A stretch of 64,000 nucleotides of DNA from Vicugna vicugna. Taxonomy: Eukaryota. The stretch spans positions 6,072,258 through 6,136,257 of the forward strand of contig MU060042.1 of assembly GCA_013265495.1 (NCBI GenBank), written 5' to 3'. Below are positions 36,401 to 47,780 of this stretch, piece by piece. Position numbers and translations under genes: made by a program. Numbering within the stretch: the stretch's first letter is position 1; each line of letters opens with the position of its first letter. Under the pieces are notes generated by a model. It was given only the letters and a program-made list of their open reading frames with translations. It did not search any database and had not been told where the DNA came from.

Positions 36401-37619
36401 GGGCGGGGCTGGACCCCTCCCGTGGGTGCAGCTCTGCTCCCCACCACGGGGCCCCGCCTGCCTGCTCCCTGCATCCAGCACGTGTGGCCCGTGAGCATCA
36501 GGGCTCTGCCACAGCTCCGTCCGCAGCCCAGCCCCACCAGTGGGCATGGGGCTGAGTCTGTGTCCACTGTCAGCTAAGAACATTCTAGCAACTCTGCTTT
36601 CTGGGCTGGCAGCGAAGAAAACAGTAGTTTTTGTTTGGTTTTGTGGTCTGTGGACTGGGCCCCCCACTGCCTCTGAGAGGGGAGGCCGGGTGGGCAGCCC
36701 CAGGGCCCCACGGGCGCCTGAGTGTCTGCACAGACCACTGTGGCCGAGCAGGGGAGGACGGGCAGGGGAGGGAACATGCTGCGTCACTGGTTTCGCCGTG
36801 TTCACGGAGCTAAGAGACCTCAGAGTTCACATAGGGATTCTACCCCACCCTCAAGGGAATGGGCATTTCAGTTTTGGGACCTGCGGAACCCGGCCCACCC
36901 ACCACCATGGAGACCAGTTTGATGACACGCACGCAGTGGCCGGGGAGGCCCCACGACCACGCGTGCCCTCGAGGAGGCCCTGAAGACACCAAGCAAGGCC
37001 GGGTCACCCCGAACAACACGCCTGCGTCCAAACACTATCCCGTGAGGGTTTTAACGCCTGTCTCCTTGGATGCCAGGAGGGAGAGAGGGCAGGAGGAGCC
37101 TCGCTCCAGGGTTTGCTCCTCAGAGAGCTGTCATCTCGAAACTGGGGCAGAGGCTGGGAGAGGGGCCACCATGCTGGACAGCGCTCAGCGCTTCCGGAGA
37201 GTGCGAAGCAAGGGGTCAGAGCCGTCGGGAATCATCAGGGATCCTCAGGAAGATGCGGACGTGCGGAGCAAGGTGCCCTCGGAAAGTAGGCCGGAGCAGA
37301 GTCAGCAGACTGTGCGTGAGGCAGCCTGAGGGTGGGGACAAGAGACCAGCCAGGGGAGGGTGTCCAGCCAGCTAACCTCCCTCCCGCCACAGCCCTGCCC
37401 ACACAGAAGAGCTGGGAACTGAAGCTGCCACTGCATCACTGCTTCTAAATGCAAACGCCATCCGCTCACGCCGCAGGAACTTGGTGTCTGGCCAGGTGCC
37501 AGATCTCCCAGGTGTGGGGCCATGTTACCCTCCAGCCCCAGGAGAGTCACTGACCCGATACCTGCATGTGACAAAGGGCGTGCATCCCCACGGCCTGAAT
37601 GCCTGCACGTTGCACCTGA

Positions 37620-37740
37620 TGCCTCTTTATAGGTGTGGCTCCCCTACAAGGGCAGAAGCTCTTTGCGTCACAAGCGTCTGGCACAGACTTAGCACCTAGA
37701 GGGTACTTGAGGAAAGTTCATGCATGAGTGAGAATAGTTG
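37620..37740 (+). mobile_element. L2 3' end
   Basis: ctcccctacaagggcag...cgtctggcacagacttagcacctagagggtacttgaggaaagttcatgcatgagtgag resembles the L2 terminus. Confidence 0.6.
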
Positions 37741-38256
37741 TTTTACAAGAAGGTGAAACTCACTGAGGGCAGAGTCCACGCACACGACAGGGGGTCTCCA
37801 TCATGGACCTGGCGCCAGTCCCCCAGGGAATGAGTCTCCCCGGGTGGGAGGCCCCCTGCTGGTAAGGGGCAGGCAGCCAGGCTTGGTCTCACAGGGACGA
37901 GCAAGCAGGCACTGCGTGTCCCCTCCACCCCGAGAGACGACAATTTCCTCGGAGACACGTGGCGGGCGGGAAGCTACCACGCAGCACTGCTTCCACGCCC
38001 TCCCAGGCTGACTCTGCTCCTGCGACAAATGCGGCTCAGCTCTGACCCCTCAGGCCTCGGGGCATTTAACCTGCGGCCACACTGATGGGTCAAGTGCTGG
38101 CAGACCCGGCTTGAGGAAAATGGTCACGGAGCTGGAATCACTCAGCCCCAGGAGAGGGGAGGACAGGCTGCATTTGTCACCTGCAACGTCACTATTTTTA
38201 GCTCTTACTATTCTCATTTTTGAGGTTTGAGGCTTCAGAGGACTACCGGAGGCTGT

Positions 38257-38315
38257 CAGCAGTCAGGAGGGGGCGCTGGGGGCCGACAGCAGTCAGGAGG
38301 GGGCGCTGGGGGCCG
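38257..38315. repeat. Perfect 29-bp direct repeat, period 30 (CAGCAGTCAGGAGGGGGCGCTGGGGGCCG x2)
   Basis: Copies at 38257-38285 and 38287-38315, read directly. Confidence 0.95.
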
Positions 38316-39759
38316 TCCCCTATTTTCATTCACGGCAATGAATTGTCAGCCCTGAAATAATAAAAATAAACCGGTTTTGCTTTTTCTATTCCTCGAAACT
38401 GTATTTGAGACATTAATAAACTCCCCTCACCTGAAAACCAGAGCAGGCCCAGACGACCTCTGCGCGAAGTCCGAGTGACCTGAAGCTGTCTCGGCGTTAC
38501 AACAGCCTCGCAGACACGGGGTGAGGGACACGGGGTGAGGACAGTGTGCTCTGCAGCGGGTCTCACCTGGTGACTCTGCTGCCCCTCCCCGGGGACACTC
38601 GGCAATGTCTGCACAGTTTTGGTCACTCAGCCCTGCGAACCAAGGCCCTGACGCTCCACCACTGCATGACCCCAGCCTGACTTGCTGGGAGTTCATGCCT
38701 CTGGACACAGGGACCCGTTCAGTGATGGACACAGGGCCTGAGCTAAACCATTCCGATCCCTCCTGGGAGTGTTGCCAGAACTTTCTCTGGAGCCAAAGGG
38801 GCCTTGGCCCACGTGCAGCACCTGCTGAGAAGAGACCGGAGAGGACGGCTGCACCGGGACCCTGGGCCCCGTGACGCCCTTGAGCCTCAGCTCAGGGCCC
38901 CCTGGAGCCGGGCTCCCGGCCCAAGCCGGCCAGCTGTGGGTTAGCGCGTCTCAAGTCCCAGCAGCCCTCCTTTTATGTAACAAGTGCTCCCAGTAAGAGG
39001 CAGCTTCCTGAAATAAAACAGAAAATCGTTCACTGCTGAACAGCACTCCGGGGGCTGGGGGCTCTGGCCAAGCCAGTAATTCCCTTGTCTGATTCACAAC
39101 TGCACACATGATTCTCTGCCAGAATTCGTCTTCTTCCTTCTTCCCATCTTATGAGAGTCAGGCGGACACATTAGGTTTTTCTCTGTGACTTTCCTCTGCT
39201 CGGTTGTTCTGTGGTCAGAAATAGCACTTTCAATCCTCAGTATTTCACCGAATTGTAAGAGCCGGCCTACAGGGCATGGCTGGGCCTTCCCGGCACAGAC
39301 CCCTCCTGGGGCACCCGCAGGTTCTCCAGTTACAGCGCAGGAGCCGGCATGAGGACTGCCTGCGGCTGAGGGCAGGCCCCACGCATTGCTCACTCCCCGC
39401 CTTTTATGGCTATGAATGTTGCCCAAGTTCTTTGTGGAAAACACTGAAGAGCTGAAATCACTCAGGCCCGCAGACAAGGGACATGGCGCTGGGGCCCACG
39501 TTTCCGTTCCCAGGGCATCTGAACCAGCCCGTCCGGTTCACACACCTTTAGACGTTCTCCATTGACACATGACGCACAGTCTCTCGTCCTGCCCACGACT
39601 TGACCTTGTGTCCACGCCTGACCCACGGGTCGGCCCTGGGGACAACCTGAGGCGGACGCTGAGGGGATTTCCCATCTTTCACTATTATCTCCTGTGAACG
39701 TGCTTAGACCCCAGTGTTTCCATCCTCGACTCTTTTCTTCAAAGAGGTTTTCAGGACAG

Positions 39760-39900
39760 GGCAACTGGACAGTTGGAACACAGCATCTCATTTCACAAGG
39801 AACAGTGGCATCTTCTTAATTTGCATTCTTTAGTTACAAGTGCACTTGAACAGTTTTTCCAAATATTTGCTGGTATTTCGATTTTTTGTCGCTTTCATCT
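39760..39900 (-). mobile_element. Old L1 ORF2 3' fragment
   Basis: agtggcatcttcttaatttgcattctttagttac...ttgaacagtttttccaaatatttgctgg. Confidence 0.5.
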
Positions 39901-41506
39901 TCATCCCAAGGTGCCAGCCTTGAATATTCTGAGGGCAAACAGAGCTGAAACATCCCGAGCCCAGAGCTGACAGCAGCCCCAGTGGGGGACCAGCGCAAGG
40001 CTGCACGGGCCCCCATTACAGTCCCCGCAGGGCAGGGCAGAGCAGGGCTGAGCCGCGCTCTCCGTCCCTCCCGCACCTGCAGAGAGGACCCAGGACAGGG
40101 ACGAGCCTCCTGCTGGCAGGTCTCTGTCTCCCCCAAACCAGCTGCGACTCGAGGCTGCAGTCAGGCCAGTCATGGGACATGAGGGTTGGGACCCGCTACG
40201 TCTAGAAATTCACACTAAAAATCTGTTTGTCTGAGGTGTGGATGATGCAGCCCTTCTGACGAACAGAGTGCCGTTTTACTGGTCTTCAGTGGGAAGCAGA
40301 GGGGTGAGGAGCCCCCACCTCAACTCTCACAGGAGCCGTGAGTGGAGCACCAGCTTCAGGGCCACGTCAGGGAGCCTGGCTCAGCAGGAGGCGTGCGTGG
40401 CCGGAGAGTCCACCAAACCGATGCCAGGAAACTCGCTCCCCAGACGGCCCGATGCTGCCACGTCACCCTCCGGGTGATGCCCTTGTCTACCGAGGGAGGA
40501 CAGAATGAATCTCCCCAAGGGCCGGCCCCCACCGCGGCTCTACAGCCACAGCCCAAGCAGCCTTCACACCCCCTGCTCTTCCCCCAGAAGGTCCCCATGG
40601 GCCCGACACTGGTGCAGACCTCACCTGCTGGCCCCGAGGTCTCTCCTGTGGCATTTGTAGTGAAGCCCCTTTTGTCCAGTAAAGGAGCCGTCCCGGGCTC
40701 ACCGGGCACGCCACCTCTACCCTCCACCCCCGGCTGTTCAACGCCATTTCACCATGTCTTTTAACCTCCACCTGTCCCATTGCTGCCACCAAACACCACA
40801 CCTGGACCTGCTCAGGGACTCTCAAAGCTGCTGCAGGGAAGAGAAGGACTCATGATTTTCCATCCACCGCATTTCCCCATGGACCGCCCTCCAGCCAGTC
40901 AGTTCCAAAATGGAAGAAGACGGTTTAGTCAATCACTTCCCCTGCACCTGGTTCAAACATTTTTTGATTTAGTTGTATTTGCACAAGAAATATGGCCCAT
41001 TGGCCAGCAAAATGTAAAACTAACCTTTTTATCCAGAAAACTGCTACAACTGGGGTAAACGACGGGGCCTGGGTCCAGAGCACAGTTTGCGGCGCTCCTG
41101 TGTGTGGGGGTCCTCTCCTGTTAAACGTGGGGCCAAAGACCTCCCCACCTGGCCCAGCCCCACAACAGTGGAGCCCCCTCCCCAGAGGAGGGGGGCCCCC
41201 CATCCAGCCGTCTGGCCCTTCTCTGCTTCCGACGGGGTCCCCCTGGGGCACCCTTCTATAGGGCCCCTCCCATCTCAGCCACGCCGAGACCCGAGGTCTT
41301 CGGGGTGATGGTGCCAGAGGCCCGCCCCTGACCCTGGGCTCAGCGTCTCTGAATCTCTGAATTCCTGGGCAGGCATGGGGCGAGGAGATGCTGAGGAGGG
41401 AGGGAGAGAGCTGCTAAGACCCACGATGGAAGGAACCCAACACCCGCCCTGGGAAGCACCGTCTGTGTTCTCCGGACATGTGCAACCTAGCACCCACCAT
41501 GGCAAG

Positions 41507-41660
41507 GTGCACGTGCACACACACGCACATGCATGCATGCATGCACACGCCTCACACGTGCACACACATGCTTGCACACACCTCACACATGCACACAAGG
41601 TGAACACAGACACATGCACACACACGCATGCACACGCAGGCTCGCACACACCTCACACGT
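41507..41660. repeat. CA/CATG-rich low-complexity repeat
   Basis: Irregular cacacatgcac runs. Confidence 0.9.
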
Positions 41661-43949
41661 GCCGTCTACCCAGAGCTCCATCTTGCCCTTGACATTCTAA
41701 GGAGGGTGTGACCAGACCCCTCCTGGTCCCATAGGAAGGACGGAAAATCCTGGATCACTTGGTGTGTTTTGTATACCAGAAGCAGCGCTCCCTGTCCCAT
41801 CTCCACCAGGGGCTCTGTTCTCTCTGCGGCCAATGCGAGCAGGATGGCCCCAGACTGAAGTGTTGTCAGCACTGCGGGAACTCCTTGTAATTAGCATCAG
41901 GCCTCATTATTCCTCAGCAGAGAAAAACGACCCCAAAGCCAACGTGGAAGCGTGCAGCTGGCATCCCTGCCGGGCCTTTGCGGACAACCTGGAGCCACGT
42001 TGCCAGGATGGTGATGAGACGGCAGGCCCCGGGTGGCTCGAGGATGGGTCTGCACAGGGGAGCAGTTAACAAGGGTGTGAGGCTGAGGGTGTATCCAGGG
42101 AGAAAGTCCAACAAAAGGCACCTCTGCCCGAGGCGCTGCACCTCCTCACAAGCGATGGTCGTGCTGCTTATCGAGGGAGGCGAGGACAGGAGGAACGGGA
42201 CGCACTGCAGTCAGTCGTGGGACGGAGGGAGTGAGCGTCGCGGGCAGGGGCCCTGGCCCCCCGGACGGGGTTCTGTGGCCAGGATACCAGCAGGACGGAG
42301 GACATCTGACCTCGCAGAGCCTCCACCTGGGCACCTGGGGACATCGGCTCAGACGAAACAAGCACCGAGAGCAGCGTCTGCAGTCGGCCAGGCTCAGAAC
42401 CCTGAAGGAGGCTGGACTTCAGCATCCATTCGCTTGTTTCTAGCTGGAGGTGCTAACGGCCATCCTGGCAAGGAAGGCTGCGGGGCCGCTGAGAGGGAGC
42501 CTGGGGGGGCGAGGAGGGGGATGCGGCTCTGCTCCGCGCACCTGACGGTGACAGTCAACCTCCCTCTGAGGGACAGAGGGAGGCGAGGTCAAGGGCAGCG
42601 GGGACGCCACTGCTCTGGTGTCTGGTTTATTTTTGTCTTATCCATTCCATAACTCTCTCCCGTGTGTCTCCTACACTGCTCCTATCATTTCTCGCAGGAA
42701 AATCTTGGTCTTTGTGTGCAATGGCTCTGACTCATTCATTGTTTTTCGAGGAAGGCAGCCACCTCCCATACAGGCTAGGAAACACCTGTTGTCTGTCACT
42801 TACTCATCCAGAACGGCTCCTCGTTCTTTCTGGTTTGTGTGTGTGTGCTGTGAAGGGTAGACTGCAGCTTTCTCCGTGTGTCTCTCTTTTTCTCACTACT
42901 GTCCTGGCCTCTGTGATCTGAGCCACCACTTTCTGCAGACTGAAGATGGTGGGGGGGGGGTTCGTGTTTGGGGAGGAAGAATTTAAGGCTCATTTAAAGG
43001 CTGAGCCGAGACAGATAAGCCCCACACGGCGGTGTCCCGGCTCTTCTATCTGGGGCCTTGCCGTCTGAGATCCACCGCTGCGCAACAGGGGGTTTCCAGC
43101 TGAGTTCAAAGCACCTTTTGGCTGCAGTGCCCAGCACGCCCAGTGCAAACAGGTGTGAGCAAGTTCTTACTGAACTGGGTGAGGGTGAGTGGTCTCTCCC
43201 ACGGCGCTTGAGTGGCCAAGGCTCCACTCTGTTCACAAAGACAAGAGAAGTACTTCTCTTCCAGCTGTCACAAAGCCAAATAATTCAGGAAAAAAGCCAT
43301 CACCCAAAACCTTACTCAGTATGCTCTACAGGATTAAGCAATTCAAATAATTTAAAATGTACTGCATCAGCTTTGAGGCTGCTTCGGAGAAGCACGACAC
43401 AAGGGAAGCTGAATGTTGAATTCATAAGCACAAAGTTGATCGAGGTAGCAAAAGACTCCTGCATTCATTCCACTGAAGATCTAAATTAAATGACGAGCCG
43501 CTCCTGCAGAAGGGCTGCGGTGCTTATTGGATCATTTCGTAACAAGAAGAGCAACACTGAGAAGCGTCACGTGAGTTGCTCACTAAGGCACAGGTTCTGA
43601 GGTTCACAGACACGCAGCAGCCCCGCCAGGCTCACCGGCCTCCACCATGAGCATCTGCTCATCGGGACGAGAGAAGGACCAGGGCGCAGGAAGTGCCCTC
43701 ACGCCTCGGATGCTGTTTGAGGACAGCTAAGAGACGCTGGCTGCTTACCTCCCACGGTACCTTTCGTCAGAGCTCGCCTTAAAGATTCTTGTTTGACCAG
43801 ATTCACAGAGTCACAGCTGCACCCGTTTCAGGAGCATGCCTGTCTCCAGAGTGAAACGTCGCCCAGTCCTTGAACCGCAAAGGCTCCCGGCGAAGGACCA
43901 GGGCCGTCGGGATGACTTCCCGAGGCAAACACACTGAGTTTGTTTTAGC

Positions 43950-44460
43950 TACATTCCAGCAGCTTGCGCCCCTACGCAGAGCTCAAGGATGCCAAATTAA
44001 GATAAGGAAATGGGGGACCAGAGACACGCAGAGCTCGGGAAGTTAGGGCAGAGGATGAAAAGTGACGACCAAAGGAGGAGCTCTGAGAAAGCTCAAAGGA
44101 GCCACCGCTCCTGTGATGGGAGAGGTTTGATCTATCAAAGCGGGAGGGACAGAGCAGCCTCTGGGAGAGAAACAGATCACTCAGCAGTCGCCGGAACTGT
44201 GAGGTGACCGGACACATGAAATGCTGCAAACACTCCAGACAGAAAAGCCAGAGGAGAGAAACGCGGGAAGACGATGGTTTTCCAGTAGCAGCTGAGTGAA
44301 CCAGGGAAAGGCCTGCGGTGGCTCTGGCAGGAGGAACCACCAGCAAGGAGAGGGGCTGGCCTGCAGAGACGGAGGGTGGCAGACCTTGAAACAGACCCCT
44401 TCTTCCAAGAAGAAGACGAGAAAGAAAAGGAAAGCCAAGAAGAGGCAGATGAAAGAACGC
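43950..44460 (+). mobile_element. HAL1/L1ME ORF1-like remnant
   Basis: Purine-rich strand. aaatgctgcaaacactccagacagaaaagccag...gttttccagtagcagc resembles the ORF1 region of old L1/HAL1. Confidence 0.5.
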
Positions 44461-44889
44461 AAGCGTCTGAAAGGCCGTCAGACTCCAGCAGCAGAGGCGA
44501 CGTCTGCAGAACAGAGCTCTGAGCACCTGTGAACCCAGAAGGGGCAGGCAGGCAGATGGGCAGATGGACAGATCGACAGACAGCGAGTTCATGCCACCAG
44601 GGGCCGGGGGTCTTTGTGGGGAGGTGAAAATGCTCTACCACTAGCTGTGATGGTTGGATGACTCTGTGAACATTCTAAAACCCACCAGGTCACAGCCATT
44701 AGAGGGATGGATCGCACAGTATCTGAATTCTTTCTCAAGGAAGCCCATTCCCCAAAAAGGGGGGAAATGTATCACCTTATTTTGAAGAGGAGCCAAGAAA
44801 TGAAAATTCATGAAAATTATAAATACCTAGAAGAAAATTACTCATTTGGACAATATTAGCAAAGAAAGTAATTAGACGCCTATATTTGC

Positions 44890-45060
44890 AACAGTATCCA
44901 ATTCCTTCCTCACTTACACGTTCACAGCGAGCACTGACAGCACTCGTCCTCGGTGCCGGGTCTTGTCCACACTGAGGACAAAGAAGCAAAAGTAAAAACA
45001 ACCCTGCACAAGGGTTCACTGTCTGCAAAGACGGAGAAGCAAGTAAATGCATGGGCAAAC
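44890..45060 (-). mobile_element. L2 fragment
   Basis: cacttacacgttcacagcgagcactgacagcactc...gtgccgggtcttgtccacactgaggacaaag...aaccctgcacaagggttcactgtc. Confidence 0.5.
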
Positions 45061-45139
45061 TTCCCATTCCTTCAAAGAAATAAAGTTTCAGCTACATTCA
45101 CCACAAGGGTTTTCCACTAATAACATACCAGTCAGTATT

Positions 45140-45560
45140 TGCCAATATGTTACTATCGTCAAGAAAGTGGGTTAAGCTACACCTACAAGGCTGTTTTGGT
45201 AGCAGTATTTTATAATACTGAAAAACTGGAGAAAACTTGGGTGTCAAATAATAGAGTTTCAGCTTAAGTTTGGTACTGACCACAGATGGAGTTCTGTGTG
45301 ATCATTTAGAAAGATGTTGGCGCCTGGAGAGCTCTGAGGATGTTCATTCCCTGTTAAATCCAGTGAAAATCCAGTAAAAATTATGATGCTATTTTTGTGT
45401 ATAAACTCACAAAAATACATATCTGCATTTAAAAGGGTCAAAATGTTTTGGTACCAAAATAGGTCCTGGATAGTAACAGTGACAAAGTCTGAATGGTGGA
45501 GGTGCAGCTACAGGGATTTCTGACTCTCCCCTGTGCATTTTTCACGGGTGTACTGGTTTC
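45140..45560 (+). mobile_element. L1ME-type ORF2 end/3' UTR remnant
   Basis: gtagcagtattttataatactgaaaaactggagaaaac... and an AT-rich 3' UTR-like segment. Confidence 0.5.
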
Positions 45561-45999
45561 CCACAATGAGCAGGTACTACGCCTCCCAAACATTTCATAA
45601 ACGTTTGCTCATTTTGTAAAACAGAAGCTACACAAAAATTCAAATGTGTCAACCAGCGATGAATTTAATGTTATTTAGAAATAACATTACTGCCTCGGCA
45701 GCTACAAATATCCATTGTCCTGGGCAAGTTCCCCCCCCCCCCAAACCATATTCTGCTCCGCCTGCTCGGCTCCTCTGCTGACAGATGGAGCTGTCCAAAA
45801 CGCAGACAGCCTCCCACCCCCAAGCCATCACTTCCAGTGGGAGAGGCGGCCTTTCAGGGATAGGTGGCCAGGCCTCTCTAGCTCTGACACTCAATGAGTG
45901 TTTCTGTGGAGGAAAACACCTTCTCTCCAAGGTCTCGGTGTTCAGGCTGGAGAGGAACATCTCCTTGTAAATGCAAATGAGGGATGTCAGTAATCCGAT

Positions 46000-47780
46000 G
46001 CATCACACATGCCTCTGGCAACGCTGGCCCCCAGGAGCAGGCTCTCCTGGTGGCCAGCCGAGCGTCTCCAGACCCACCAGCTGGCCTTCCTCGGGGCTCG
46101 GGACCGCGCCCAAGTGGAGAGCCCCTCGTCTGCCCCTCTACCCCAGGGCTGCTTTGCAGTGTGGTAATGGGGATAGGAGGGGGCGCCACTGTGTGTGTGT
46201 GTGAGCGCGAGTGTGAGCGCGTGTGCCTGTCGCATCGGTGGGCGCGGTGCGCAGAGCGGGGCCCGCGACTCGTGCGCCCCCGAGAGTCCGCTCCGAGTGG
46301 ACATGGCCCTGGGCTCCGGCTCCCAGCCGGGCAGCCGCGCCCAGGGGTCCGCTCGTCCTGGGGACCCGCGGCCGGCGCGAGGGGGCGCCGCGCTACCGCA
46401 GCCTGGCGGATCCCCAGGGCCGGGCGGGCCGGGGGCGGCGCGCGGGGCGGTGCCGGACTCCGCGGGCTTCGGGCCCCGGAGACGCCGCGCTCCGCCCCGA
46501 GGAGGACGCCAGCAGGGCGAGCGGAGCGGCAGCCCGCGGAGTCCAGCCCCGAGGTAAAGTTGAGCGCACGATGGGGCCGGGGGTTTATACGGGAGGGTCC
46601 CGGGGCTGGAGTGGGCACCGGGGGCGCGGGGTTCTATACTGGAGGATCCCGATGCAGGAGCCGGGCGCGACGGGCGCGGGGTCTACACGGAGAGTTCCGG
46701 GCAGGAGCAGGGACAGAGGACGCAGTAGAATCTACACCCGAGGGTCCTGAGGCCAGAGAGGCGACAAGGGGTGAGGCGGGGAAAGACGTCTACGCTGGAG
46801 TCTTTCGGGGCCGAAGTGGGGACAGAGGGCAGGGAGTCTACATTGTAAGGTCCCGATGGAGGAGAGGGGCGGGAAGGGCGTGGGGGTCTACACTCGAGCC
46901 TCAGGGGCGGCAGCAGGGCCAAGGGGAGCAGGCACCTGTCCCGAAGCGGCGATAATGCGGCGCACGCAGTCTCCACTGGGTTGCGCGAAGGGCTGGGGGC
47001 AAAGAAAATTCCGGGAGGGACGTTTGAAGCGCCCCTCCCCCCTCCGCCCCTGGAGCCGGGGCAGGGCTGAGCTGGGCGCCGCCCCCAGCCCCCCGCAAGG
47101 CTCGGAGTCCTCAGCGCACGGGCGCCCCGCCGGACGGGCGCGCGGGTTCCCGCCGCTTCGTGCGCTTTCATGGAGGTCAGGGCGGCTGCGGCCGGAGCCT
47201 GGTTCCCGCTTCCGCCCCGTCTGCCCGCGTCTGATCTGCCGGAGCACAGGTGAGAAGAAGGACAGGTGGGCAAAGCGGCGTCCGAGACCCAGGGGGGTGA
47301 CCTGGGTGGGAGATTAGGGTGGGGGCACCCGAGCAGGGTGGCCGGGGATCTCCCCGGCGCCCGCTCTGGCTTGGTTGGTGGAGCACCCGGTCCCTCCAAG
47401 GGGGGGCGGGACGTGGGCGAGCCCGCAGCCCGTGGGTGCCCTTTCCTCGCCCCTGCCTGTCGCCCCCGCACACACACGACTGCGCGAACCCGCAGCCCGC
47501 CGCGCCGCCCCCCTCCACGCACGAACGCCCTCCCAGCTTGTCCTTCTCTGGCCGGGGCGCAGACCTGAACAGGGGAGAGGAAGCCCCACTCCGGCAGCCG
47601 GGAATTCTGCAAACTCGGAGCCCAAGCCCGCCCTGCACCCTCCAGGCCCTAGCTGAGCCCAGGGGGCTCCCAAATTCGCCCACCGAGCCCAGAACGGGCT
47701 CTCGGGCTGAGGGCAGAGAGAGAAGCCCGGGGTCCGAACAGTGGCCGCAGGAATGAGGGGGTACGGCACCGAGGAGTCCG
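46000..47780. promoter_or_regulatory. CpG island, probable promoter/5' end of KCNG2 (assigned by synteny only)
   Basis: Very high GC and CpG density. GC-boxes and an ETS-like CTTCCG next to CCGCCCC at about 47208-47218. + strand donor motifs at 46553 and 47249. KCNG2 follows CTDP1 on the same strand in human. Confidence 0.75.
46575..46910. repeat. Degenerate ~49-bp tandem array, 7 copies, core about GGGTCTACACNGGAGGGTCCCG
   Basis: TCTAC-equivalent cores start at 46584, 46633, 46682, 46731, 46789, 46837 and 46887 (spacings 49,49,49,58,48,50). Confidence 0.85.

Noticed and set aside
9373-43751. Minus-strand consensus donors (CTTACCT at about 9373, 10020 and 43744) as exons of an antisense gene
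   Set aside because: About the number expected by chance, and I could not pair them with convincing acceptors or a coherent exon chain.
30900-44600. Intergenic ORFs (for example 31102..31533, 33939..34313, 36859..37329, 43972..44592) as retrocopies or novel genes
   Set aside because: No recognisable protein similarity and no poly(A) tail or target-site duplication; several overlap LTR or L1 remnants.
46575-46910. Reading the 49-bp array as a CRISPR-like repeat-spacer locus
   Set aside because: Mammalian context with no cas genes. The cores are degenerate and the spacers resemble each other in composition, as in a decayed minisatellite.
45878-47769. ORFs of 246-323 aa in the CpG island
   Set aside because: Open on both strands and in several frames because stop codons are rare at this GC level; Arg/Gly/Pro/Ala-rich with no homology I recognise.
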